A stretch of DNA of 63,854 nt, filler included, from a bacterium (GTDB lineage: Bacteria > JAJRZV01), in NCBI GenBank assembly GCA_024275095.1. It is 7 parts of 7 records of this genome, joined end to end, with 100 filler letters (N's around TTAATTAATTAA, not from the genome) between each part and the next. Parts side by side here need not be neighbours in the genome. Positions count along the whole stretch, not along the records: positions 21,015 to 34,608 come from JAJRZV010000057.1; positions 34,709 to 41,401 come from JAJRZV010000058.1; positions 41,502 to 62,659 come from JAJRZV010000059.1; 4 more parts are not named here. One strand, given 5' to 3'. A program made the position numbers and the translations under genes. This document shows positions 33,105 to 42,211 of this stretch, one piece after another. Below the pieces are notes generated by a model. The model was not told the origin of the DNA. It saw only the letters and a list, made by a program, of their open reading frames with translations, and ran no database searches. Position 1 is the first letter of the stretch, and each line of letters opens with the position of its first letter.

Positions 33105-34173
33105 AACCACCCTCCATCTCCATAGCCAGTTCTCCAAGTGTACCTGACATGGCCTTGGCTGTAACTTCCACAATAGGTAGCACCCGTGGATAATTCATGT
33201 AGGCGGGACCCACGACACCCACAAATCCCGCGCCTGTATCCCTGGAATCAAATCTCGAAAGCACGATTCCCACACCCTTCAGTTCCTCGCAGCCCGTATC
33301 CTCTCCAAAAATCACCACCGTATCCTTTTGCTCTTCCAGGGCCACCTGTAACACACTCAGAAGCACCATTCTCTTTTCCATGGCAGCAAGAATTTTATCC
33401 AATCGCCCTTTGAGAAGGTGAGAATAAACCACAAGGCGTGTTGTCCCCTCCACGTATATCTCGTCCTCTCGACACGATTCTATGATTTCAAAGCCCAGGC
33501 CCAGAGCGTACTTCAACAAGTTATTAAATGCGTTGCGTTCCTCTTCCAGTTCCTTCTGCAAGCGTTTCTTGGCCTCTTCCACAGTATAACCCACCACCAG
33601 TTCTCTCAAATAATTTCCTATACATCGGATTTCTTCGCTGGTCACCTCGTGGTCCATTTGAACAATGTTTCTCTTGAGATACCCGGGATACATTACCACA
33701 ATCACAAGAAGACGACGGCGGGATAGTTTCAAAATTCCCAGCTCTTTGATCACATAACGCTGAATGTTCGGAGGAGCACCAATACCTATGTAGGTCGTCA
33801 CCTGGGATAACACCTGAAGAGTAGACCGCAACAGTTCATCTATCGCGCCAGAGGATGCCCTTGAAAAGGAGGAAAGGATTTTCTCCAGAGCCTCGGGAGT
33901 CAGCTGTTCGCGCTTCATTAAATGATTGATAAAAAATCGAAGTCCTTTCAGGGTGGGAACCCGTCCCGCAGATGTGTGCGGCTGGTACACGTATCCTTCC
34001 TCTTCCAGATCAGCCATGGTATTGCGTATGCTTGCGGGAGAAAGGGGAATGTACTTGCGCGAAATAAGGCGTAAGCCCACGGGGCGGTTGTGACGCAGGT
34101 ACTCATCAACAATAGCCTGAAGTACGACCATTTGCCTTTCGGTCAATGAAATTTCATTTCTATGTTCATCCAC
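33094..34173 (-). CDS. hrcA: Heat-inducible transcription repressor HrcA
   Basis: SPASIRNTMADLE, QPHTSAGRVPT, GVVGP..MNY; directly upstream of grpE-dnaK. Confidence 0.95.
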   Translation of the reverse strand: MDEHRNEISLTERQMVVLQAIVDEYLRHNRPVGLRLISRKYIPLSPASIRNTMADLEEEGYVYQPHTSAGRVPTLKGLRFFINHLMKREQLTPEALEKILSSFSRASSGAIDELLRSTLQVLSQVTTYIGIGAPPNIQRYVIKELGILKLSRRRLLVIVVMYPGYLKRNIVQMDHEVTSEEIRCIGNYLRELVVGYTVEEAKKRLQKELEEERNAFNNLLKYALGLGFEIIESCREDEIYVEGTTRLVVYSHLLKGRLDKILAAMEKRMVLLSVLQVALEEQKDTVVIFGEDTGCEELKGVGIVLSRFDSRDTGAGFVGVVGPAYMNYPRVLPIVEVTAKAMSGTLGELAMEMEGGYGR

Positions 34174-34241
34174 TTCGCTTCACCCCATTTTAACTACTTC
34201 GTTCAGTAGTCTACATTATTATTAATATTTTAACCTCTTTT

Positions 34242-34269
34242 AAAATATGATGCTCCTCACACATGTCAA
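34242..34269 (-). promoter_or_regulatory. Putative sigma70 promoter of hrcA
   Basis: TTGACA-16 nt-TATTTT. Confidence 0.4.
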
Positions 34270-34402
34270 ATTCAAAAGATTTTAACTGCGTATATAAATC
34301 TCATTTGCCGTTCTTCCGCACTTTTATCAAATTTCTGCCATGCTATCAATGGAATATTTTTAAATTGTATGACAATTATAAACATATCTTCGGCCGTTTG
34401 CT

Positions 34403-34608
34403 TTAATTTAAAAGCCCAAGAGCCTCACAAATCTTCCTGGCGATTGCATCAGCCAGCAGCATTCCCCTTGCTGTGGGACGAAAAGAATTCGTGGACGCAA
34501 CAAGTAACCGGGACTCTGCCATAAAAGAGCCCATCTCTTCTATTTCGCGCCATGGGAGTCCGTGACTCTCACACCGTTCTCTTACCAGCCCCCGGGCAAG
34601 ACGCAGCG
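34403..34608 (-). CDS. hemW: C-terminal fragment of HemW (HemN-like radical SAM protein), cut by gap
   Basis: Manual translation LRLARGL...FRPTARGMLLADAIARKI...LN*; classic position upstream of hrcA. Confidence 0.7.
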
Positions 34609-34708
34609 NNNNNNNNNNNNNNNNNNNNNNNNNNNNNNNNNNNNNNNNNNNNTTAATTAATTAANNNNNNNNNNNNNNNNNNNNNNNNNNNNNNNNNNNN
34701 NNNNNNNN
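34609..34708. other. Artificial contig linker
   Basis: N-run + TTAATTAATTAA + N-run. Confidence 0.99.
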
Positions 34709-34781
34709 ATACCCCTTCCCTTTTCTCCTCTGAATTGTGAAAACAACGGGAAATTCATGCAGTTACGGTTTTACAAATTTT

Positions 34782-34825
34782 AAAAAATGGGTGAAATAAC
34801 CGCCTGGGCCGGGCATATCACCCAT
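34782..34825 (-). terminator. Possible intrinsic terminator after the lipoprotein pair
   Basis: ATGGGTGA / TCACCCAT inverted repeat followed by a T-tract on the minus strand; loop is long. Confidence 0.4.
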
Positions 34826-34871
34826 AATTTTAATCGATTCCTTGAGGCGCAACGAAAATTTCGCAATGCAT

Positions 34872-36320
34872 TTACTGCACGTAGAGATAAATAACAACTC
34901 CCCTGTTAATTCCGTCAACCTTCCTCCACTCTCTCAAAACAATGCCGAAATTACCCTGAGGGTCACGTTTAATCTGTGGATACATCCCGGTAAACTCCAC
35001 GTCATCGGGATTATCAGGTTCGTAAATCACGCCAACCTTCCAACCACCTTCTGGTAACTTCACGGCAGCCTTTACCTGTTTATTCCACATGTCCCGGTAA
35101 ACAATAAAAGGTCTTCTATCGCTTGTAAGAGCGATATCCACGCCTGCACCCACTGCATCTCCCTGAGCGCCGTCTACCACCTCTGTATGCCACCTGCCGC
35201 CCTTTTTATAAGCATATTTAAGGTCCCACGTGGTGTAATCAAAATATGCCACGTGTGGAATACCCTCGGGGTCCACGGCAATAGCACAAAAATACCCATC
35301 GTCATCCGGGCTCGACGTTGAATCCAGATAGGAAATACTGAAGGTGGTACCCGAGGGGTACAGATCATACTTGTCTTTGAGGATGCTGATACGGGCTCTA
35401 TCATACTGATAAAAATTCCAGTATTCACTGGTCACCTCTGAAGGAAAAGACGATCCGGGCAACCATGCATAAAGATAAGTATCCTCCTTTCGGCCTGATG
35501 AAGGTTTACTCAAATAAGCCACCAGCACGTCGGGCTCATTGACCTGCTTAAATTCAACTTCTTCTTCAATCCGTTGCCATTCGATAACCTCGTCGTAAAA
35601 TCTTCCCTGGGAATTCTTTGCAATGTACTTGGTATTTCCGTTGATGGCATCGTAATAAACAATGTGGGGACGATTGCTGAGGTCAACCGCCAGGTCACTG
35701 TTGTAAAGCTGTCCTGTGCTTCCCGCCTGCGTTGCTCCATAGTCAAGCAGTTTATCCTCATAAGAGAAATAATCTTCGCGAATCACCAGATAACGCAAGT
35801 TGTAATCATCAAGCTGAATGTAGGAGACATGTATCCACCCGTTAATACCATAAGCACAGGAGATAAACCCTGCTGCCCGATTTACCACTTTTCTGATAAT
35901 CCACTGACCGGTTTCCTTTATATAATATGCATGACGAATTTCGTACCCCGGAGACACGGCAGAGTAGATGATATGAGGATTGCCCTGGTCATCCACCACG
36001 ATACACGGATACGCTCCTACATTTCCGTGAGCGTCCACTATGCTCGTACTCCACGGCCCCTGTGGACCCGTACCTGGTGGCAAAGTGGCATACATAAGAT
36101 TCAAGCCGGTGAAATTAAAAAAAGCGAGGTGAGGAATACCCGTATTATCGTAATCCAGTGATACAAAATATCCTGCGTCATCTGTCAGAGGCTGCGTCAC
36201 GTCATAAGCCACAGCAGCATAACCCGCGAAACTGAAAGTTCTCACACCACTTCTGCCACAGCCTGCAGCGGCTACAACTGCCATCACCAGAAAAAACAGC
36301 CAACCGCTTACTCCTTTCAT
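34872..36320 (-). CDS. Lipoprotein with beta-propeller repeats
   Basis: Lipobox AAGC; repeats such as D..G.PH(I/L/V).Y..LKYA..W..E.VD; start coupled to upstream stop (TGATG). Confidence 0.75.
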   Translation of the reverse strand: MKGVSGWLFFLVMAVVAAAGCGRSGVRTFSFAGYAAVAYDVTQPLTDDAGYFVSLDYDNTGIPHLAFFNFTGLNLMYATLPPGTGPQGPWSTSIVDAHGNVGAYPCIVVDDQGNPHIIYSAVSPGYEIRHAYYIKETGQWIIRKVVNRAAGFISCAYGINGWIHVSYIQLDDYNLRYLVIREDYFSYEDKLLDYGATQAGSTGQLYNSDLAVDLSNRPHIVYYDAINGNTKYIAKNSQGRFYDEVIEWQRIEEEVEFKQVNEPDVLVAYLSKPSSGRKEDTYLYAWLPGSSFPSEVTSEYWNFYQYDRARISILKDKYDLYPSGTTFSISYLDSTSSPDDDGYFCAIAVDPEGIPHVAYFDYTTWDLKYAYKKGGRWHTEVVDGAQGDAVGAGVDIALTSDRRPFIVYRDMWNKQVKAAVKLPEGGWKVGVIYEPDNPDDVEFTGMYPQIKRDPQGNFGIVLREWRKVDGINRGVVIYLYVQ

Positions 36321-37900
36321 CAAAACACCCCGTAGTAAGGTATATAAATCAACCACATCCCCCACGTACCACCCAGACCGGCATGTCCCCCATAGATAGT
36401 AGCTCCTATGCCCATTCTATCTCCGTCAGGCATTTTGCGAATACAGGCGTTATATCCGGCAAAATCCAGACTCAGATAATTGGACACCATCCAGCCTGTG
36501 GGCATGCGGTGTGCAACAACAAGGTTACCATAGCGGCTCTCGTAAAAGGTCACTACCGGTTGCTCTAAGGAATCCAGTGCAATTGAATACCCACCTTCAG
36601 CAGATACATTTCCCATCGTGTAAGGTTTGTCCCACCATTTACCCGGCGTGTATGTGGAAAACAATGCCACTCGTGCATCCTTGTCTTCGTATACTGCATA
36701 AAGCCTGTTTGCTGAATCCGCCACCGCCCTGATAAAAGGTCCGTTACGTCTTTTCGAAACCACGTGCGTGTTAATGTAATCAATAGAATACACGTCCGTA
36801 GGAGAATATCCTCTTAAAATTTCGATTTTCTTGCCACCTGCATAAAAATTCCAGTCATCCGGGGAAAGCGGTTGGGCATTGCGGTACACAACCGTCCTGT
36901 CCTTGTCCTGAAGTGCTCGACCTTTCAGGGTGCCGATATACCGCGTTACGGGGTTGTTGTTTGAATCGGTCATGCTCACCGGCTCTACAAGCACAATCTC
37001 TCCTGTTACATACGACCACTCGAGTGCTTCATACTTCCACTCATCAGCACCACGGACTTTAAAAGCGTGTTCGGCTCTTTCATTGGATGGATTGTAGTAA
37101 AAAATATGAACCACTTCTTCCCCGTCTTCAAAAGTGGTGAGGATATCTATACTGAGAGGCATACCGGAAGTAAGAGCTCTCTCCACATCTTTTACTGTCT
37201 TTTTGTTTTTAACACTCACACTGGCCACCTTTTCTTTTACCACCTCCGGGCCAACGACAATTTGATTAAAAATATCAATTTCCATGTACATCACATTGTA
37301 AAACACGAAATCCCCTTCCTGCTGTCCTTCGAAAAAAGCAATGCCTACGTTTCGGTCGCTTAAAAGCACGGTAGCGATACCATATCCCACATCTCCAAAA
37401 GTGCCAATATCAGCGCTATCCCTGATAACCGAAATGCGCCACACCTGTCCCTCTGCACTTCTTGCAACCTTGAGACGGGTCTGCACAATTACACCTGTCT
37501 TTTCTTCTCTGTATACAATTATTCTTTCAAGAGACACCGGATCATATAAAATTTTGGAATACAAACCTTCTCTCTCGTTAAGCTCTCCTTCGTCCACGAT
37601 TTCAACCTGCCACTCACCGCTATCCACCAACCTGGCATACTTGAGTTTAGAAACCACCTCCCCGCCCGTCTTTTCCATGTACGAAAAATGGGGAAAACCC
37701 CGGTCATCAATGACCATGTCCATGTAATATCCCACGTCAGCACTGTTATCCACGATACGCGTTTCAGGAGGGTTTTGGATGAAACTCACAAGGCCCGTTT
37801 TGCCACATCCCGTAACGACAAACACAAAAATCATACTGAGCAATTTTCTTTTTATTTTCTGAAGGAACATTTTTTCGCCTTTCATCCCTGCCCGTTTCAT
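36320..37900 (-). CDS. Lipoprotein with beta-propeller repeats, paralogue-like
   Basis: Lipobox VTGC; DDRGFPHFSY..LKYA..WQVEIVD and related repeats. Confidence 0.75.
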   Translation of the reverse strand: MKRAGMKGEKMFLQKIKRKLLSMIFVFVVTGCGKTGLVSFIQNPPETRIVDNSADVGYYMDMVIDDRGFPHFSYMEKTGGEVVSKLKYARLVDSGEWQVEIVDEGELNEREGLYSKILYDPVSLERIIVYREEKTGVIVQTRLKVARSAEGQVWRISVIRDSADIGTFGDVGYGIATVLLSDRNVGIAFFEGQQEGDFVFYNVMYMEIDIFNQIVVGPEVVKEKVASVSVKNKKTVKDVERALTSGMPLSIDILTTFEDGEEVVHIFYYNPSNERAEHAFKVRGADEWKYEALEWSYVTGEIVLVEPVSMTDSNNNPVTRYIGTLKGRALQDKDRTVVYRNAQPLSPDDWNFYAGGKKIEILRGYSPTDVYSIDYINTHVVSKRRNGPFIRAVADSANRLYAVYEDKDARVALFSTYTPGKWWDKPYTMGNVSAEGGYSIALDSLEQPVVTFYESRYGNLVVAHRMPTGWMVSNYLSLDFAGYNACIRKMPDGDRMGIGATIYGGHAGLGGTWGMWLIYIPYYGVF

Positions 37901-38024
37901 TACATTTTATTACAAAAAAACTTTTGAAGACAGATTTTTAACACGACAAATCATTCCAATTTCAGCCCGGGTTCTACCTTAAAAGTACAAGCTCATTTTA
38001 AATACGAAACATTTATTTTTATTT

Positions 38025-38059
38025 AAAAAATAAAACGGGCGCCCTCTTCAGGCGCCCGT
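38025..38059 (-). terminator. Rho-independent terminator
   Basis: 9-bp stem ACGGGCGCC/GGCGCCCGT, 7-nt loop, then TTTATTTTTT on the minus strand. Confidence 0.85.
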
Positions 38060-38084
38060 CTCCTTTACATCACCTCATCAACCT

Positions 38085-38106
38085 TCCCCCCTCCATCGAG
38101 GGGGGA
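38085..38106. other. Second perfect hairpin in the same 3' UTR
   Basis: TCCCCCCTC-CATC-GAGGGGGGA, 9-bp stem, no U-tract. Confidence 0.7.
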
Positions 38107-38128
38107 CTGACTTCTTCACCTTGTTTTA

Positions 38129-41100
38129 TTACTGACTTCTCCTCCTTCTGATGAGGGCAACATATGCACCTGTTACAATAAGGAGCATGAACGCAACTGT
38201 AGCGGTAGCTCCGTTATTCTTTGCAGTAGCGCAACCAAAAGCTGACATCGAATCATCTGTAATCACTGTGAACTTGTGAGAGATTTCGGTTTCGTTGCCC
38301 ACATCGTCAATGGCTCTTACTCTCAGCACGTGAATTCCCTCATCGAGCCCGGAAACAGAGATGTAACGGGAGGAAGAGAACTCGGACCACTCACTATCAT
38401 CAAGCTTGTAGGATATCTTCACAAGCTCATCCGGGGCCTGATAATCCTTGGCATACACTGCGAACACTGCGCTTGAACCTTCTACCTTGTCAGGTGCATT
38501 GAGAAGAACTAGGCGTGGACCTACACTGTCAACACGGACTTTTACGTATACAGGCGTGGGCTCCATCATGTTCCCGTCATCCAGTGCCTGAATTCCAATT
38601 ACATGTGTTCCTTCAAGAAGACCCTTGAGCCTGAGTTCTCCTGTGTTGGTGTGCGACCAGATTGTCCACAGACCACCATCCACGCTGTAAGAAAACATCA
38701 TGCGATCCATAGGAGTGGAGTCATCTATTACAGAGAGCCCGATGCGTACTTCATCACCCGTTGGGTGGTCGGACACATACGTAACTACAGTTTCGGGTGG
38801 GAGGTTGGAAGGAACGTAAGAGTAAACAGGAACGGGTTTTACCGGCGCCCGCGCAGGAGGTGAACCCAGAAGGCCACTTAGAGCATTAAGGCCACCGCCC
38901 TCTCCACCTTGAAAGACAGAGGTCAAGTCCGTACCGCTCAGGTCTTTTAAAAGAGAAATTATATCCTCAAACCCAAGTGTTCCGATCATGCGGATATACA
39001 CCTCAAAATAATCTCCCCAGGCATCCTGCGGGTAAGTCGGAGGTCTGGCATATGCAGTCACACGCGTTAGATAGTTGTCGCAGTAACCCGCCGCATTGCT
39101 ACAGGTAAGGTCCTCACCCCGGTAAGCGGGATCTGTCAAGGTATAAGGCCACAGGCTCATGTCCGTACGCGGCCCGATGTAAGGAATGATGATACCGAAA
39201 GGTGCCTTGAGGAGGTAACCAATGTCCAGAGCAATGCTGGCTTTAAGCTCAATCATTCCATCGAGAAGTACCGGCAACAGGTTGCCCAGAATGTTCTCCA
39301 GGCGTGAGAGTTCCGCAGGTGTCGGATTCGCATTGTTCGCAGGATTGTAGTTAATCGGGTCACGCCTGAACGCCTGGGCATAACGGATAAACCAGTTGAT
39401 GTTGGGATCAACAAAGGCTCTAAAATCTATAATAATTGAGGAAGTATAGTTATAGGTAATGCCGTCTGAGAAAGTGTACCGCAACACGTTATGCGGATCA
39501 TCAGCCTCAATGGTGAACGGGTTGGGATAACAGGCAATATTATCAGGATTGTTGTAATTCCACCTGAACACATCCTCGTTATAATTGGAGTAGGTGGGAT
39601 CACCAGCGGTACCCACATCTGGATAGTCAGGTAGCGGCGGCGGCTGAGTGATGGGATCGTAACTCACTCCACCTGTGCTTGGATTGTAAATGGGGCACGG
39701 GCGCATCTCTATATCAATACCCACGCGAGCACCCATATCCAGACCGAACACCCTCATCCACCTGGCATCATCCTTGGACCAGACCCAGAAGCCCAGCTCC
39801 AAATGGGGAATCTCTATTGTCATATCAGCTGCAGGGTTCTGATACACCCAGTTCTGAGTGTCGGGATCCGAAGGATACGGAGTCGGCACACTCGGGGTGG
39901 CCCACAACTCGTCAATCGACACCCTGCCGCCCGTGTAGAACCTGGGAGTATCAATCACTGCCGGTTCCGTAACCGGCCATGGACTGACCTTAGGGCCAAA
40001 AGCATAGTCTTCAGATCGTGGATTGTAAAACCACGGCCTGGTTTCAATGGCCATCGGAGCTCCTGGAAACGCATCAGCCAGCTCCGGCATGAGAAACGCG
40101 AAGGTGTCCGTGGTGAGCATACTGCCTACCATGTCCCCCAGTGTGGGGGTATCTTCATTAATCCACAAACAGAGCACTCCGCTACGCGCCACGTCGTAAA
40201 TCAAACGGCTCAGCGGGTTCATGTGAATCGCAAGACCGATGTAATACGACACTGCGCTGTGCCACCTTCCACCTGACCAGCCCCACGGGGTCTTGGACCA
40301 GGAAAGCGGGGTCGGATACGGAGGACTCATGCTCTGATTAAAAATTTCATCTCCCGTGGGCAGATGCGTGAGCATGCCAACCACAGGACCGTACTCCTGG
40401 GTGGCCACCGGACAGATGGTCCCGGTCATGCCCCAGAAATAATAGAACTGTGTATTACGATTCACATACGAAGTAATCTCCGCACCATTTTCATCCACGT
40501 GGATAACATCAAGACCAAACTGGAGCGGCATTACCACACCAAAGGAATCGGCAAAAAAGTCGTAATCATACACATTTTCTCCCGTTGCATGGTTCGTAAT
40601 GTACTCCTGATAACTCTGCAACCCCACGTCAATGGTGATCCAAGTGGGCGGGTCATTGAGCGGGTGCTGGAACGTAAGGCTACCGAGGAAATCTCCCAGG
40701 TCAATGATGGGTGAGGGACCGAAGTAATATGTAATGGGTGACGTAAATGCATCCACAGCCACATAGATTATGTCAGCAGAAATGTACTGAATAATCCTGT
40801 CAATATCCTGCGTGAGTTCATACGCGGGATCTGCTGAGGTGACATACTGCGTGTAAAAGTCCACGGTGGCATTGGCTTCCACCCTCAAGTTCTGCAGGTC
40901 GATGCCAATGGTGCGTACGTGCTTGGTGAGATCATTGGAAAAGTCATCGTACTCTGCAATCACGCGCATACCCAGCTCGAGCAGCAGGCGGTCGAGGGAT
41001 ACACGCACAACAGCACGGACGTATCTGGAAGCATCTGTTGCAGGATTATAATAGGAGATGGGAATTTGAATTTCTCCGGTTCCGCACTCGTCATCAATGT

Positions 41101-41401
41101 CCGGGTCGGACGTTGCTGGAGTACAGTAATCGGTGACTGTTCCCCCAAACGAGGTGGCTCTCGGACGCCAGTCAAGAAGCACGTCAATGATGGGATTGTT
41201 TATCTGGAGTTTAAACTGCAGGCTGTCGTCATGAGTGTGGGGCCAGTAATCGCATGCGATGGTCGCATCCACGAATCCATCACCGTCACGGTCAATTTTA
41301 TATTCTTCACATTTGGTACCAATGTCTGATTCAAGTTGCACGCTCACGTCGTCAGGGTTCCAGTAAATTACACGGCTGATCGTTGGGAGGGTAGCGGAGG
41401 C
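38129..41401 (-). CDS. Large surface protein with BPI/LBP-like segment, two Ig-like repeats and MYXO-CTERM-like anchor (5' end cut by gap)
   Basis: Frame open to the gap; SYSVDGGLW / SYKLDDSEW..G.H...V.A.D..GN repeats; C-terminal GC..hydrophobic helix..RRRR. Confidence 0.8.
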   Translation of the reverse strand, partial: ASATLPTISRVIYWNPDDVSVQLESDIGTKCEEYKIDRDGDGFVDATIACDYWPHTHDDSLQFKLQINNPIIDVLLDWRPRATSFGGTVTDYCTPATSDPDIDDECGTGEIQIPISYYNPATDASRYVRAVVRVSLDRLLLELGMRVIAEYDDFSNDLTKHVRTIGIDLQNLRVEANATVDFYTQYVTSADPAYELTQDIDRIIQYISADIIYVAVDAFTSPITYYFGPSPIIDLGDFLGSLTFQHPLNDPPTWITIDVGLQSYQEYITNHATGENVYDYDFFADSFGVVMPLQFGLDVIHVDENGAEITSYVNRNTQFYYFWGMTGTICPVATQEYGPVVGMLTHLPTGDEIFNQSMSPPYPTPLSWSKTPWGWSGGRWHSAVSYYIGLAIHMNPLSRLIYDVARSGVLCLWINEDTPTLGDMVGSMLTTDTFAFLMPELADAFPGAPMAIETRPWFYNPRSEDYAFGPKVSPWPVTEPAVIDTPRFYTGGRVSIDELWATPSVPTPYPSDPDTQNWVYQNPAADMTIEIPHLELGFWVWSKDDARWMRVFGLDMGARVGIDIEMRPCPIYNPSTGGVSYDPITQPPPLPDYPDVGTAGDPTYSNYNEDVFRWNYNNPDNIACYPNPFTIEADDPHNVLRYTFSDGITYNYTSSIIIDFRAFVDPNINWFIRYAQAFRRDPINYNPANNANPTPAELSRLENILGNLLPVLLDGMIELKASIALDIGYLLKAPFGIIIPYIGPRTDMSLWPYTLTDPAYRGEDLTCSNAAGYCDNYLTRVTAYARPPTYPQDAWGDYFEVYIRMIGTLGFEDIISLLKDLSGTDLTSVFQGGEGGGLNALSGLLGSPPARAPVKPVPVYSYVPSNLPPETVVTYVSDHPTGDEVRIGLSVIDDSTPMDRMMFSYSVDGGLWTIWSHTNTGELRLKGLLEGTHVIGIQALDDGNMMEPTPVYVKVRVDSVGPRLVLLNAPDKVEGSSAVFAVYAKDYQAPDELVKISYKLDDSEWSEFSSSRYISVSGLDEGIHVLRVRAIDDVGNETEISHKFTVITDDSMSAFGCATAKNNGATATVAFMLLIVTGAYVALIRRRRSQ

Positions 41402-41501
41402 NNNNNNNNNNNNNNNNNNNNNNNNNNNNNNNNNNNNNNNNNNNNTTAATTAATTAANNNNNNNNNNNNNNNNNNNNNNNNNNNNNNNNNNNNNNNNNNN
41501 N
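41402..41501. other. Artificial contig linker
   Basis: N-run + TTAATTAATTAA + N-run. Confidence 0.99.
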
Positions 41502-42202
41502 AAAACGTCACTGTGAGTGAGAGCCCGCAAAAGAGTGGATTTTCCCGAGTTCGTATAGCCTACGAGTGCAAAAGAGAGCATTTCAGAAAGGCGACGCTTT
41601 CGATGTTGAGATCTCCTCTGTCGAATTTTCTCCAGGTCATTTTTGAGTTTTCGGATGCGTCGAAGGATCTTGCGGCGGTCAACTTCAAGCTGTTTTTCAC
41701 CCGGACCACGCGTGCCTATACCACCGCCCAACCTGGAAAGTTCTCTCCCGCGTCCAACAAGGCGCGTGAGCATATATTGAAGCTGGGCCAACTCAACCTG
41801 TATTTTACCTTCGTTGGTCCTGGCACGCTGTGCAAATATGTCCATAATAAGCCTGGTGCGGTCGAGAATTTTCACGCTTAATTTTTCCTCAAGATTACGC
41901 TGTTGGACAGCCCTGAGTGCATCATCAAACACAACCATTTCTACCCTGGCTTCTTCCACAATACCACGAATCTCATGGACTTTGCCGCGACCGATGTAAT
42001 ATGCAGGATCGGGACTTTCTCTTTCCTGGACAACACGTGCCACAACAACTCCTCCTGCTGCCTTGACAAGGCCCTCCAGTTCATCCAGGCTTTCAGCCAC
42101 TTCTCTCCTGGAAATTCCTTTCTTGCGAAGCGCCACAATAACAGCTCTTTCACGTGCAGAACTATTGTCATGAAATGAAGATAGCGGGTGCAAATTCACC
42201 AT
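41502..42202 (-). CDS. hflX: GTPase HflX (3' end cut by gap)
   Basis: DRTRLIMDIFAQRA, QVELAQL, GGGIGTRGPGE, G1 GYTNSGKST. Confidence 0.96.
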
Positions 42203-42211
42203 AAGGAAATT

